Shown one piece after another: positions 16,894-30,945 of a stretch of 64,000 bases of DNA (positions are counted from its first letter, which is position 1; each line of letters starts with the position of its first letter). This DNA comes from Intoshia linei (lineage: Eukaryota > Animalia > Orthonectida). The position numbers and the translations under genes are program-made. The notes beneath the pieces were generated by a model, which was given only the letters and a program-made list of their open reading frames with translations, was not told where the DNA came from and searched no databases. The stretch is from positions 3,167 through 67,166 of the forward strand of contig LWCA01000049.1 in NCBI GenBank assembly GCA_001642005.1, in the 5' to 3' direction.

Positions 16894-18396
16894 ATGGGTA
16901 AAAATTGGAATAAAATTAGAATCATTCATTTCAACGACGTTTACAATGTGGAATGCATTAGAAAAACTGACCCAGTCGGCGGAGCGTCAAGATTTGTTTG
17001 CAGTGTAACTGATAAAATGAAAAAAGGAAATTTTTTGGTATTATTTTCGGGAGATTGTCTGAGTCCCTCATCAATAAGTCGAAAAACAAAAGGCCTACAA
17101 ATGGTTGATGTCTTAAATATCTGTAAAGTAAATGCTGCCGTATTAGGAAATCATGAATTTGATTTTGGTTTAAAACACTTGACAAACATTGTCACTAAAT
17201 TTGATTTTCCATGGCTAATTAGTAATGTTACTCTATATAACGGAAAAAACCTGGAAAACATACAAAAATACACAATAATCAAAAAAAATGATTGCAATAT
17301 TGGAATAATCGGTTTAGTTGAAAAAGAATGGATTGAAACATTATCTACTCTAAATGAAAACGATGTAATTTACAAAGATTACACAATCATTGGTAACCAA
17401 TTATCAAAATGGCTCAAATTTGAAAAAAAAGTTGATATAGTAATAGCTTTGACTCACATGAGATGGCCCAATGATGAAAATCTGAGTAAATCATGCCAAC
17501 ATATTGACATCATCTTGGGAGGTCATGACCATGTGTTTGAAACCAGAACTTGCAAAGGAAATGAGACATACAGTAAACCTCGATTAATAATAAAGAGTGG
17601 AACTGATTTTCGTAATTATTCAATAATTAAAATGTACAATACCACGACTACCATTAACAAATCCTCATTATCAACAAACGGATATAAAATAAAAATTAAA
17701 AAAAAAGACATAAATAAATGCGACAAACGATGTGATAAAATGTTAAAAATAGTCAATAATTATCTCTACAAAAATGGTCAAAATATTCAAAAAATTATTG
17801 GAACTTTACCATACGATTTAGACACACGTTTCGCGTACATACGAACTAGCGAAACTAATTGCGGTAATTTGTTTACAGACATGATACGATTTTATTTAAA
17901 AACTGACATAGCAATACTAAACTCAGGTGTTTTTAGATCTGACCAAATTCATCAGAATTATTTAACTCTAGGTGATTTGTATAGTATATTTCCTATTCCA
18001 CTTGATAAAGTTTATACTATAAAAATGTCTGGATTCTTGTTATTAGAATGTTTAAAGAATAGCATTTCCAAATATCCTCAGAAATCTGGTAGATTTCTTC
18101 AAGTTAGCGGGTTACAGTTTCAATTTAGTCCAGACACTTTAAATATTAGTAATATAGTTGATTTCAATAACAATAAACTCAATTTAAATAAAATGTACAG
18201 TGTTGCAATAAGGGAATATATTCATCAAGGAAATGACGGGTATGGCATGATTATTAAGTGTAAAATTTTAAAAAAGGAAAAGGAAAATGAAATTTATTTA
18301 TCCGACATTATTCAATATTTCTTTGAAAATTCTCAATTATTGCAAAAATTAATCAAACAAACTCCAAAAAATCCAAGAATTATATGTTGTCAATGA
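16894..18396 (+). CDS. 5'-nucleotidase/apyrase-family metallophosphoesterase (CG11883/YfkN-like), single exon, no signal peptide
   Basis: HFNDVYN, GGASRF, LFSGD, LGNHEFDFG, IALTHMRWPND, ILGGHDH and KSGTDF, plus a C-terminal 5'-nucleotidase domain (RTSETNCGN, NSGVFRSD, GRFLQVSG, GNDGY). Confidence 0.9.
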   Translation: MGKNWNKIRIIHFNDVYNVECIRKTDPVGGASRFVCSVTDKMKKGNFLVLFSGDCLSPSSISRKTKGLQMVDVLNICKVNAAVLGNHEFDFGLKHLTNIVTKFDFPWLISNVTLYNGKNLENIQKYTIIKKNDCNIGIIGLVEKEWIETLSTLNENDVIYKDYTIIGNQLSKWLKFEKKVDIVIALTHMRWPNDENLSKSCQHIDIILGGHDHVFETRTCKGNETYSKPRLIIKSGTDFRNYSIIKMYNTTTTINKSSLSTNGYKIKIKKKDINKCDKRCDKMLKIVNNYLYKNGQNIQKIIGTLPYDLDTRFAYIRTSETNCGNLFTDMIRFYLKTDIAILNSGVFRSDQIHQNYLTLGDLYSIFPIPLDKVYTIKMSGFLLLECLKNSISKYPQKSGRFLQVSGLQFQFSPDTLNISNIVDFNNNKLNLNKMYSVAIREYIHQGNDGYGMIIKCKILKKEKENEIYLSDIIQYFFENSQLLQKLIKQTPKNPRIICCQ

Positions 18397-19921
18397 ATTT
18401 TTTTTCATTATAAATATATTTTTCTTTTTTTATTGTTTCTACATTTTATACAGGCAGGTAAAAAAATATAAATAACCAAGAGACAAATGCATAACAATGG
18501 GAGATGGAAGGAACATAATTTTTCTTTTCAAATAACAACTACATTATATGAAAATAACCTTCATTTTCAACGGAAACCCAAAATCAAAGATCTTTAATTC
18601 ATTTGTCATGCTAAGCTGAACTATTTTTCAATTTAAATTCGATAATTATAATTGAATTTGAAATGTATATAGATTCAACTTTATTTATAATTTTATTGCG
18701 GGAAAAAAAGTACGCTTCATTGACAAAGATTTTAAATTAATTTTTGATCATATAATTCAGTGATGGCAGCCAACTAAAACTAGGTGTGTTAAATTTAATA
18801 CTATTTTCACAAATTTTTTTCTAGTCTGTTTTTATTAAAAAAATATTAGGTCAATCAAAACCTTCAATTAAGTCGAACAACTTGATGATGGAAAATAATT
18901 TTTACATTTATTTAGATTTAGAAAATTGATTCTATCATGAATTTTTTTAATTTAGAAAAATATTTGTAATCTTTATTTTATATATCATGGTAGAATATTG
19001 ATGGTTTACAGTCAAATGCCTTAATAATACTAAACATTACAACAAGTCTTCCCGTACCCTTGAAATTTAAAGTTAAGTTCATTTAAATGCAAGGAAAGTA
19101 AAAAACATAAGACTAACAATCCAATCGTTATTATCTAATTGAGAGTTATCTTTATACAGTCAAAATCTCATTTAACGAATATTTCATTTCATGAACGTCA
19201 AAATTTTATTTTCTATATAAATGCCTAAATATGCCGTGACGAATATATTTCTATATTACTATATAATAATTTTTTTAGTAAATTCTAGCCATAATTGTAG
19301 AATTTACATATTAAATTAAAAATAAAATCAAGATAAACACATAAAAATCAGTATCAAAAATGATACATTCGTCATCTACGTAGTTAAAATTGTGTTATTC
19401 AAATTACAAATGTAATTAAATGTATATATTTATTGGTGATATTCTATAAAACAATTTCGTTCATGTTTACAACATAAATATACTTTACATATTTATGTGT
19501 TTTATAAAATTTTAGTACATGTTTCATTTTTATAACAAAATTTAATTGGTTGTATTTACCATGAAGGTTGCGTTTCTGATGCTGAGATTTACGACAATTA
19601 AATTTTATTGATTTTAAATTGCGTCTCAGAATTATTAAATTAAATTATTTGTTTTATAAATTTTTGGGCTGATTTTATTTTTAAAAAAAAGAAAATTGGG
19701 TTTTCATCCTGAAGGCTCAAATTATGGAAATAAAACACAGATCTACATCCCCTGCGAAAAACTATATTAGACATTGTGTTTTTTTAATAATTTTGCGAAT
19801 ATTAATTTTTTAAATATACGGTAACACATTCTATAAACTTTTTTAATTAAATTTTTATGGTCCACAAAATTAAATATGATTTGATATAAAACTTTTCCAT
19901 AATTTTTCCCAACGGTTAGAT

Positions 19922-20330
19922 CAGTGGTTCTCAACTTGTGTTCTGCGAAATTTAATTTGGGTTCCGTGAAATATAACTGCGATATTTTTTAATTTAATGT
20001 TTTTCTAAATTACTGTTGTTTTTAATTTAAATTTTACATAAATATATTCTTTAATAAAAATTAAATATAATATCTAATATATAAAACGTCTGTAAAACAT
20101 ATCAGGCCCAAATTTCTCATTGAGAAGGAAAAATACATTTCATTATTAAAAAATTTATGTTTTCAATATTAAAAGCGTAATTTTTTAATTAAAAATCAAA
20201 TTGTTTTATACACATATATGTATGCGACATGCGAAAAATATTTTTGATCATGATTTTAGATGCAGATCATGCCGCGATTTTTTTAAATTTCATAAGGGTT
20301 CCGCTCAGTAAAAAAGGTTGAGAAACACTG
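19922..20330. mobile_element. hAT (Buster-type) MITE
   Basis: TIRs CAGTGGTTCTCAAC...GTTGAGAAACACTG, GGGTTCCG subterminal motifs, degenerate TSD GGTTAGAT/TCTTAGAC. Confidence 0.75.
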
Positions 20331-20782
20331 TCTTAGACTTGAGTACAAAATTTTCACGTCACTCTTAGAAATAATATTCTACATTAAGGGTTCTCCACAG
20401 CGGACAGGTAATAAATTATAAAATTTACCGGGACCATTAATGCGAAATTACTAGGTAACCTTACAAAAAATTTGAAAAAAACGTAATAAAGTGGCTTTTA
20501 GTAAAAATATTTAAATTATTGCATAGACCAGTACTGATTTCCGGACGGTATTTGGGAAGACTGTTCTACATAATTTAAAGATTTTTTCACATTGAAAGCT
20601 ATTCTAAAATTATTTTTGTAACGCTTGTAGTAATGCATATTGTGCAATAATAAAATTCTTAATAATGTTTTCAAAATAAAATGTATTTGCGTCACAACTT
20701 TTGTGGGCCCCTGTGTATTATTAAATTTTTCAAAATTTGAAACACGATAATATAGAGTAAATACAAAAATTAAATTATAATT

Positions 20783-23700
20783 ACCCCATCTTTTGAAAGA
20801 TTACATCATATGTTCCTTTACGTAACGGTCTATAAAATTCTCCAGATTCAGTGGATTTGACAATATGATTACGTCCAGAGACAATAACATTTACATTGGC
20901 AATTGGATATGTAGAATTATATTTTGTGATATTACCAGATATACCAATTAATGACTAGTCAGTATAGATTAAATTCAAATCAATTCATTACTCTACCAGA
21001 GTCAAAACTAAGAAGTTCGAAGTCACCCGAAAATGAAAAATTGGCTCTAAAAAAAATTCTAGAAACGATGCATAGTGTAATATATCCTTAACCATCTCTC
21101 AAAGACTCTTGGTTGACATTTTAAATTAAAATCAAAAAATAGTTGATATTCAAGAATGTCATTTTCTTAATGTTCAATTTGAAAAACGAGGTCTAATTTC
21201 CACAAAGTTCGTAGAGGTATCCCCTAAAGAGGGATCTCGGAGTACTTTAGATTCGGAACTGTACAGTGTACAGTGCACACTGCAACCTCCACTATTTTCC
21301 AAAAATTTTTAATTTCTACCCCACAAATCCACAGTTTGGATTCCACACGAATAGTGGAAATTTCACGAGAATTAGATGATGATAATTGATCAATAAAATA
21401 ATTTAAAACTCACCCTTATAGAGTAAGCGATTAATGATTTATGGTTATCATTCCAAAATGGTACATAAGATTCGTTTTTGCTTATATATTTTTTGCAGCT
21501 CAGTTCTATTGTCACCGGCATTGAATTTGTGTTTATATATACCCAGTCTTGTAAGCTTCCTTTAAATTAAAATATTTTCAAGTTTGATAATTATTACCGT
21601 GAACATTGTACCTATAAAATTAGTTAATTAAATTTAAAATTATAAACCATGCTGCGCCGTTAGTTATTCCATATTTAAATCCCTTTTCATTTTGGTAGCA
21701 AGAGTGATTATTACCCATTCTTGGATTGTACTAAAAATTGAATTTATAATTTTCATTTTATTCATTATTATCCTATTTTGATTTTATTATTATTTATTAT
21801 CAACTAAATTTAGTAACTGTTATTAAATTCGTGGCTTACAATATTTATATTTTTATGATGGCCTAAATTATTTTAAAAGAAGAGGTAATGTTAGAAAATT
21901 TCTTATATTAATTGTTATATATTGATGATATCGAATACTGCTGATAAATAACCCGAACAGGAACACAATATCTGCTAATATGTAGGTTTATTTTTGACCT
22001 TGATGGGTCCTTAAATATTTTTTTTTAAACATTGATTAAATTAACTTAATTAGATTGAGCAATGGATTGATAAATCAATCTTTTTGATTTTTTAGGGACC
22101 TAAATTTTCATCTGATTCCGGGTCCTTTGTTGGGTCTCTATGGCCCTGTTTACGATCTTTTATTAATAATAAAAATTTAAAAAACTGAAATTTTTATTAA
22201 TTATAAATGTATTTACTTTAGCGTATGTTAAACTAATGTGTCGAAACACATCATCGTCTTTTGTGCCCGTATAAATTGTTGTTGATTCCATGTTGCCATC
22301 AAAAGGATAACTAAATGTAATTTTATAATTCAGACTGGTCCAAAATTTGGAAATAGAGACAAAAAATTAATTTTAGAAATTTGACAAGCCTTTTTTAGTT
22401 CTGTTAATGTCAATAATTGACTGTAAAACGAATTGATTTTACTAAAACATAAAAAAAAGCATTTTGAACACCCTTAAAATAAAATGAATTTAAACCCAAT
22501 AATTTTGGATGCCCATTTTTTCAAAATTGTTTCAGCATCTGAATGATCTTTAAAATAAATAAATAAACTTTGAAACTCAAAGGAAAATTAAATTCATAAG
22601 ATCATACATTATAGTTGACCCTCATTAGGAAATGTAAATGGAATTATATAATGAAAAGATGACGAAAATTTGAAAGTGACCAGTAGATATAAATAATATA
22701 TCGGATCTTTACAAATAACTATATTATTACTTGACTACAACGTCCCCACCATGTATATTAGCCGATAGCACAACACTAAATTATTATGATTATAATAATA
22801 ATATTAATATTTACAAAATATAATAATTATTAATATAAAATGTTTTGCGTAATTACTTGTTAATCTCTAATTGACATGTAACAACTATGCAAACTTTTTT
22901 TTAACTTATACAATAAGTTAACACATCACCTATAAAAATTAACTCAAAGTTTTATTTGATTATCCTTACTTATATAATATGTTTTGCAATATTTTTTTAT
23001 GTGTGTGTTACAATATATAATACCGTACACAGTGTGTACTACACATTGTATTACTAGAATAAAAATCGTCAAATGTGTAACTACATACATGTATATTAGT
23101 AATTATATGTATATTAATAATAATCAATGTTAACATGCCATTGTTTACCTTTTATGAAAAATATTTACTCAGGCTTTAATTATGGAGTTTGAGTGTGACT
23201 GATGATTTGTTATTTTGAATAAAATTAATTAGATTTATATAAGATGATTAAATTTTATGTTTTCTGGTAGAGCTATTATTCCGTAAAGATTGTTGAAATT
23301 GTTTCATATTTATAAATTACAATGCACTGTAATTATTGTTGAATTGAATTATAAATAATTACTCGCTGTTATTCATCCATTTCATGATAGCTATTGTTTC
23401 AGGTTGAACCGGGAATACTGTCGTAATGACTCTGTCTGGAAAATTTCGATTTAAATCGTAGTTATTTAAGTTATTTCGTTCTATAAAAATTATATATAAT
23501 AAAAATTATTATACGCTTATGTGTATTGTTATATTTATATGTTTCATAATAAGCATCTGGGTTCATTGTAGGAACAATAATAAACTTTAAACAGTCCAAC
23601 AAGGTGTTGACAAAAGTATCATTCTGACTTGTCAAATAATTTATAAAATTATGCATCAAATACAACCCAACCACTTCATCTCCATGCATGTTTGCTATGT

Positions 23701-24101
23701 ATCGTACGCTAGGTTTACCTATAAATGGAAAATTATAAAATGTATTTGAATTACATTGTACGTAATTTAAAAATTAATAATACCAATTTCAAGTAAATTG
23801 ATATTATTCGTAATTTCGACACTTTTGATATTTCTATATTGCGTAGATGTACCAATGTCTGTTATTTTTACCAAATTAGGGTACAATTTCATCTTTTCTT
23901 TTAAATTTAAATAAACGTTATTCAAACTTGGCAAATTGGCATCTGGGATAAATGAGGTTGTCATTTTTTCAAATAGTGTTTTTATATTTTCGATTCGATT
24001 GCTTTTTAATGTAATTTTATTATAATTATTTTAAAATAATACGTCTTCCAATCGGCTGATAGCACCCCAAATATTAAAAATAAAATTAAAGAAACCTTCA
24101 T
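20783..24101 (-). CDS. Secreted M14B (CPD/CPE/CPM-like) zinc carboxypeptidase, multi-exon; last exon(s) unresolved, probably further left
   Basis: Signal peptide MKVSLILFLIFGVLSA, RYIANMHGDEVVG (HxxE), PTMNPD, DLNRNFPD, QPET.AIM.W, LSANIHGG, YPFD, GITNGAAWY, GSLQDW, catalytic TIELSC, and a transthyretin-like domain (GISG...GEFYRPL..GTY). Confidence 0.88.
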
Positions 24102-25744
24102 TTATTTACTCTTTATTAAATAATTCAAGTTATTTTAAATAATGTTTAAATATCCGAGCAACTATTCACTCATGTACTTAAGGTAGTTAATAACGCTTAA
24201 AATTAGAGGTTCATTTACCACAATAACACTGATAATTATTATTATTATTTACAATTACTGTTAATTAGAGGTTTACGTTTTTAATAAAGTCAAGTTTTTG
24301 CTAATGTAAAGATTAAATAAAATATTATTTGTGGTATGTATTATGTCACAAAATGAATAATAATTAATTTAAGAATGCATTGTTAATTTAAAATAAAATT
24401 TTATTTCACTGCCGTTCATTCTGTAGTAATCAATGAAATTGTCTGCATTATTTTTGTTATTCGTTTGAATGAAACGGTATATACAGATGTAGAAGGAAAT
24501 ATCACACTTTGAAGATTCAGGCAGTGTAACATGATACATTCTTTGACATCAATCTGAACCATTAATTTTTTGAAATCCAAACCTTAATGTATCAAAAAAT
24601 TATAGAAATATTATATCTCAAAATTGTTTTAAAATTGGTAATTTGGATTCTCTTTATTTTTATCGACTATTTAATTTCAAGAAAAAATTTTTCAGCTTTA
24701 TTTTTTTCAGTTTTGGATATACATAATGTAGCATAAAAATAATAGAGTTAATAAAATAAAATTTAATAAAATATGCAAATGATTTTACAATAAGTATTGA
24801 ATGCTGTTTAACATATTTTTAAAATCTTTTAAATTTACTAAAAAGTTTAAATTTAATTTATTGTACCAGTGTGGCCAAAATCTAATACATTATAATGGAT
24901 ATTTTTATCTATTGATCCGTAGCCAGGGTGGATCATTAGAGTACGGTATTCTCTCGTTTTGATTTTAACAATAGATTTTAATTTGTAAGCCAAAATTTTT
25001 TTTATATTACACTATATTCTGTTATCACATGACTGTTGTGTACTTAGTACAAACAGTAGCTAGCTCATTCGAAGGACTTTTTTTATTTTACTACAATGAA
25101 AAATGAAATTTACTATGAAATTTTATATAAGAATCTCACAATTACAAAACTTGTTACCATTCACTTTTATCAACCCTTTATCAGGCCTTTTTTGATTTAC
25201 CCTTCATATTTACATTAAGACGTTTCTATTAGAGTAAATATACATTTAATTGCTCGATTTAATCTTATATTATCAATTTTATCTAGATTTGGACCACCAT
25301 TTTTAATTTAATTACTGTTTCTTTTATTGTCAGAACAATACGTTTGAATCATATCAATTAAATATCCGTCATTCAATTGATTTTTAACAATTCCATAACT
25401 AAATTTTACACCATTAATTTCTTAATATACAATTTATATTAGTTTTATTTATATTTTGGTTGATATTATTTATAAAGAAATAATAAAAAAGAACGAAGTT
25501 ACCTATTTTCATTTTTTAGATTTTTAAATGTAATGAATCCTTTATTTTCAATGTCAAATAAGGAGAACAAATATTTTACTAGTTTTTCTTTGAATTGTCC
25601 ATTTTGATAAGATAATACTATGTTATATAATAATATGTATGAGATATACTATTATATGTATATTTTCACGTTATCATCTACTTAAATTTAACAGTAAAGT
25701 CATATTTATAAATTTTGTCCTTCGTATGGAATCCCTATTATATT

Positions 25745-27430
25745 TTAAATAAAGCCTTATTAACGGAAATGAATTTTTTTAAATAAAAATCATTAAATGT
25801 GGATATTTTTTGTTATTATGACTTTTTGAATAATACATGACGATGTAATATACACAAAACATTATCAACGGGTTCATATAGACTCTTGGGTCGACAGCAG
25901 TTTTTTTGGAGTCCTTGAAAAATATTAAATTATTTACAAAAATAAAATAAGTTTAAAAATGATATTTTTGCAATGATAGTAATAATTTTTAATTAACGCC
26001 ATCTAATTGAATACATATTTTTAAAATTTGATAAAAAACGTTATAAATTATCTGCTAATTAGTAAAAAATTAGATTATATGTACGATAGTGATTAGAAAT
26101 AGATTGTAGATCAATGGTTCCAAACTTTTTTCACCATGGATCACTTGTCACAAAAAAAATGTGTTTGGACCACATCATTTTTAAAAAAATCTCCTTAATT
26201 CTGAATACGTCACTAAAGTAATATTTACATTTTTTTATTATATATTCATCCTTAAATCGAAGATTTAACATTAATTTTTACATGGTAGCTTCAAGGGCGT
26301 AGTTAAAAAAATATTAATTGAAACATAATTATGGTGAAGTACCAGTGTCGAACCTACCGTATCCCAGACCCTTCTAGCAAGGGATCTCAATTAAATTTTT
26401 TTTAAAATGGAGGCTTTAATTTACTAAATTGAGTATGAAAAAAATTCTTGAATATCAAAGAATTTAAGTGTTAAATTTAAAATGACAACTCAAGAGTCTT
26501 AGAAAGGTGGATAGGGTTATATGACATAATTTGTTTACAAAATTTTTTAAGCGGCTATTTTTCGTTTTAGGAGTGGCTACAAGCTTTATATGTTCGGTTC
26601 TGGGAACGACTATCGAACTAAGTTCAATCGTTATGTATATTAAATTTAACGCACGTGAAAATTATTCACGTTATTTAGTAAATTTTAACTTCATTTTTAT
26701 AACATGATGTCTACGTTCACTAATAATAATAAATGATCGATAAAGAAAAAATATTCACATTTAATATTATTTTTAAAAAAAAGGTTATTTTATTATACAT
26801 TTTATTTAAATTTTTCTTGTGGACCACTTTGTGAACCTTCTAGAAGTTACTAGAGCATGAGTTCTTAACCTTTTTCCACTTGACACCCCTTAATTTAATA
26901 AAATTCGATTTGACACCTTCAAAAAATATAATAAACTTAAATTTAATGAAAAAAGTTAATAATCTAATTACGGTAACAAAAAATTGCTAACTGAAATTGC
27001 TTTAAAATAAAAAAAAAATAATAAAAAGAAAATATATATATTTATATTATTATTTTTATTGTTATTATTTTTTTTGAATTAGAAAAAACCTTTGAACATA
27101 AAAAACACTGAGGTTTTTACGATTTATCAATATCATTTATTTTAGTATCGTTTAATATTAACCCATTTATTTTTTTGGATAAATACTCAAAATCAAAAAA
27201 GTTATTCACGTGCAAAATCGGTTTTTTTAATAAAAAAAATTGGACACTTTAATATACATATTAAAATATTTAAAAAAGTTAAATTAATAAATACAATTTA
27301 ATTATATTTACTAAACTTCAGTGAAGTTTAAAAAATATAACTAAACAAATTTTTATTCAAAAATTTTCTGACACCCCCAAAAACCGACTTGAAAACCAAA
27401 AATTTTGATCTAACATCACCTTTGGAAACC
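25745..27430. mobile_element. Cluster of nested MITE relics (pogo-like family fragment, Buster-type hAT at ~26112-26845, CAGTGTCGAACC-type hAT at ~26343-26601)
   Basis: Segments are homologous to 43290-43820, 63735-64000 and (reverse) ~21000-21261, with CAATGGTTCCAAAC and CAGTGTCGAACC termini. Confidence 0.55.
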
Positions 27431-28920
27431 ATTATAATATCAATCAAGATCATTGTGTAATGCTATTATTCACTATTTATTATAAATTCATTTATTATTA
27501 GTATTTGAAAGTAACTTCCAATCAGATAATAAGTTACATTATTTTTTTAATAAATGAATGGTCTTTGGGATAAAATCAAAATATTTTTTAGAAAGAATCA
27601 TATATTTGGTAATAATAGATTTAATACAGATCAAAACAACTATTTTTTGTCAAATAATGTAATAATGATATGCGTCATAGACAACGAAGTTACGGCAATT
27701 TTTTTATTTTACAAGTTGTCCACTGTCAAAAAAGTTTCAAAAGCAATCATTTAAATAATGAAATGGAAACTATCTTGTTTATATCAAAAAGAAGGTCTTT
27801 ATTCATTAACAGTTTTACGGTAGATGAGTTTTTCGTCTTTATTATTTTGTGATAATTTGATCCTAAAAATTAGAAATGAAATATTTTTTTGTACAGTTTA
27901 TTATGATAAAACTAGAATTTTAATTTGATTTGATTTGAATGCATTTTTACAAATTTAGTATTAAGTTATAATTATCATTAATTAATAAGTATGATTTTAC
28001 TTGCATCCTTGATAGCAGAAAATTTAATCTTCTCGCAGTTTATGTTTAATAATGTGGTGTTTTTTTAGATAGATATTAACTTAAAATAATATTAACTTTT
28101 AATATTAAATTACATTCAATGATAAAGTGTGAAGTATTAATATAATCACAAGAGAATAAATGTTACCTATTGATGTGAACGTATTTATATCGTATGTATT
28201 ATTTTTATCGAATTTTCCTTCTATACTTTTAATTTTTTCTTCCAAATCATCATAATTTGTATCAATTCCAATAAAATTTAATGCTATCTATGAATAAAAT
28301 CAGATTCAAATTTAAATTAACATTATAAAAAAATTATTATACTTTTATTTGACAAATATTTATAGAATTTTCATCATTTTCTAGAATTAGACGAAAGAGG
28401 AACACAAGATTGCCTTCATTTAAATTCATTAATCGAGTAAATTAAATATTTTTCTTCATATGTATTTACTTGAACTCAATGAACATTTATTGTGTGCACT
28501 GTATTATTCAATTTAATACAATGTTCCAATACAGAACTTTAAATTAGTGATTTTTGGGTCATTTAGACAAAACTTGAAGATAATAATAATTGCATTTTAC
28601 ACATTTGAATTATAATTGTTATTTTAAAATGTGCCAATTAAGAGCGTTAACTTGAAACGATTCAATCTAAAAATGTAAAGGTACATGCTTATTATGTACC
28701 AAAAATGTATTATTATAGTTAGTATAAAAATTTTAAAATTGATGGTTGATTAGAAAGTTTAAAAGTTAGGTTTTTGGTCGTGAAAATGCACTTTTTTGAG
28801 ATTGGCATTTATTATAATGCTTATGATTTTAAAAACTATCCCAGAATTTATGTTTTACAAAATTTTAGGAGATGTTTCATTTTTTAAATATAGGGTAATT
28901 TGTGGTTTTGACAATGAAGG

Positions 28921-29828
28921 CAGAGCCGTAATAATGTATGGGCAATATGGACTGTAGTCCAGGGCCACTCATTAAAAATGCCCCCAAATTAATAAAAGTA
29001 CTTTACATTTATATCTTAAAAAACAGTTTATAAGTTTTGAGGTGTGGAATTCAAATAGCTAGAAAAAAAATAGTTTAAAGAATCAAAGTTCTGTGAAATG
29101 TTAAATGTAATGTCGAATGATGAGTTGAATACTTCATGTGATAATCGTACAGCAGCTTATAGCAAAGATTTGTAAAAAAAATGATTTAGTAATGGAATGT
29201 CAACAATTTAAACATTATTTTAATTGGGAAAAAACAAGCAATAACATTTTTAATATGTATAAAGTTGTAAAAGGTGATAAATTGGAATCATTATTTCCTA
29301 ATATTGAAATCTGCATGAGAATGTTTCTTTCAATAATGGTTGCAAATTGCAAAGATTAAAGAACTTTTTCTAAACTAAGAATAATTATAAATGAACTTCG
29401 AAATTGTTTAGCTCAACCTCGTTTGAATGCGTTTTCCTTAATGTCAATTGAGAATGATATTTTGAATGATATCAGTTTTAATAATATCAAATCTGATTTC
29501 TCTCAGAGAAAAGTGAGAAAAAAACATTTGTGAAGAATTATCAAGAATTTTTTGTGACTCCATGGTGCATATTTTCAAATGAAAAAGTAAACTTTGTTCA
29601 TTAATTAAGTAAGTTTTTGTAAAAGAAAAAAAAGTTACTAGAAACCTACATAATATATTTTAATGCTTTTTAATACTCAATGAAATAAGACTCTAAGTCT
29701 TCAACCAACAATATGCCTTGTCTTCTAAGCAGGGGACCTAAATTTTTTTTATCGCTTCGCTCGAAATTTTAAAGGGCCTCCGGCTCTTTTCTTAGCCCAG
29801 AGCCATGAAGTGGCTCAAGACGGCTTTA
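28921..29828 (+). mobile_element. Internally deleted hAT (Tip100/ZMYM1-like) transposon with a C-terminal dimerisation-domain pseudogene (~29140-29532), inserted in a reverse-strand Helitron-like copy
   Basis: Termini CAGAGCCGT...ACGGCTTTA and TSD AATGAAGG/CATAAAGG. Translation FPNIEICMRMFLSIMVANCKD*RTFSKLRII.NELR.....RLNAFSLMSIE. Confidence 0.8.
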
Positions 29829-30370
29829 CATAAAGGTATGTGTTGCTGAGGCTGAGATTTACGACAATATTAATGATTTTAAATGGCGTCCCAGAATTTA
29901 TTTTTTATTATATTTTTGGGCTGATTTTATTTTTAAACAAAAAGGAAAATAGGTTTTTGACCCTGAAGGACTCAAATTCTGAAACAAAAAAATAGATCTA
30001 AATACACCCTCAAAAAGATTTAATAGAAATGGGTTTTGTAAATTGTACGACTGTAAATTTTTTAAATATACGGTAACACACACAGACATTCAATTTTATA
30101 TATGTAAAGGATTTAGCTGAAAATGTACGTCAGTTTGTTTATCTTTAACCATTTCTTTAAGAATATAAGAGGCGTAGAGTTTTAAAAATATAAATTTATA
30201 ATAATCTTTTTCGAGGGTGATGTTCTATAAAAATTTTCATTTTGTGAAATTTTGTACCTCATGGTCAAAAACCCCAATTATTTTTTTATTCAAAATCTAG
30301 CGAGTCCTAGAATTTAAAAAAATATATATTCTCAATCAGATTTTAAAAGTATTAATATTATCATATACAG

Positions 30371-30945
30371 CAGTGTTTCCCAACCTGGGCGATTTGACTT
30401 TTTTACTGGGCGATGCGAAAATATATAAAAAAATATATATTTTTAATTTTTACCAACAAATTAAATTTTTAATGAAATTAAAAATTCATATTCATATTCA
30501 ATTTTAATTTTGTAAATAAAAAAAAATTAAATTAAATTGAACGATATTATTACGAATTAGTAACGTAAGTAACGAATTATCTGTGTAGTAAGTATGTAGA
30601 ATTTGAGATTTGAATAAAATTTAGTTATGCCTGCTTCCAAAAAATATTTTCGTGGATATTCTACCGATTATTTAAAATATGGTTTTATCGAATCTAGTGT
30701 TTCGAAATAATTACCGTTCTGTTCGTTGTGTCATAAGACATTGTAAAACGAAGCTATGAAACCATCCAGCCTATTATATCACCTTAAATCACAACATCCA
30801 AATAATGTGAATAAGCCAGCTACATTTTTTTAAGACGTCTATGAAAAATATTAGAACTGTCATATTTTAAAAATACCTTATTTAAAACCAGCATATAAAA
30901 AATGAAAATGGATTAATGGCATCTTATCGCATGTCCCAAATAAAA
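30371..30945 (+). mobile_element. 5' end of a Buster/ZBED5-type hAT transposon with a BED-finger pseudogene (from 30627)
   Basis: TIR CAGTGTTTCCCAACC. Translation MPASKK..RGYSTDYLKYGF....*LPFCSLCHKTL*NEAMKPSSLLYHLKSQHP. Confidence 0.8.
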
